Part shown: positions 63,729 to 64,000 of the stretch, in pieces
Layout of the letters: each line of letters starts with the position of its first letter
Numbering within the stretch: position 1 is the stretch's first letter
Assembly: GCA_951406725.2 (NCBI GenBank)
Contig: OX597822.1
Coordinates: 89,652,001-89,716,000 of the forward strand
Length of the DNA: 64,000 nucleotides
Direction: 5' to 3'
Source of the DNA: Octopus vulgaris
Taxonomy: Eukaryota
Notes under the pieces: generated by a model
Databases searched by the model: none
What the model was told of the DNA's origin: nothing
The model's input: only the letters and a program-made list of their open reading frames with translations
Translations under genes and position numbers: made by a program

Positions 63729-64000
63729 CATCATTATTATTATTATATGTTTGGCTATTGGTTTGTATTTGTATAAGTTGACTCCAAGTCTCACCTAGAG
63801 ACTTCAAGAGACAACAAGTTAGAAGTTCAAGTTGGAATTATGAACTAGAGTGCCGTATTTTTGGTCCAGAAAATATTTGTCAAAACATAAGAAATTTAGA
63901 AGTTTGTTTAAAAGTAATTTGATTATAAGACGTTAGTATGATCTTAAGATGACAGTAAAAGGTATTTGCTATTATGTACATTTTGACAATGTTTTCAGAT

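Noticed and set aside
1-64000. Most short ORFs in the supplied track (60-190 aa)
   Set aside because: They overlap SINEs, RTE 3' UTRs, microsatellites or antisense strands of LINEs and show no recognisable domains

Overview
AT-rich, repeat-dense animal genomic DNA; the SINE and LINE repertoire suggests a coleoid cephalopod, probably Octopus (inference from repeat families, not proven). Three spliced housekeeping genes can be reconstructed by hand with GT-AG boundaries and consistent phases: the 3' part of HPRT1 (+, 5 coding exons, 2119-13938), MPLKIP/TTDN1 (+, 2 exons, 31948-33963) and an OVCA2/FSH1 serine esterase (-, 7 coding exons, 61784-45729). Most other sequence is transposon-derived: a near full-length but frameshifted Tx1-clade LINE inserted in a (TC)n tract right beside the MPLKIP promoter, many RTE LINE copies (one young copy with a PHD-like zinc finger inside the RT), CR1 and Penelope remnants, two tRNA-derived SINE families, and Tc1/mariner, pogo-like, piggyBac-like and Chapaev-like DNA elements. 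Most notable unexplained structure: three unrelated foldback elements whose arms each carry outward-facing minimal hammerhead-ribozyme-like motifs (one with a U3-A8 covariation and a 15-bp flanking direct repeat, one with an embedded tRNA-like Pol III promoter), and nested inverted SINE pairs bracketing an in-frame 348-nt three-exon block of OVCA2 (candidate circRNA/ADAR substrate). All calls are by eye; no database search or folding computation was run, and repeat boundaries are approximate.
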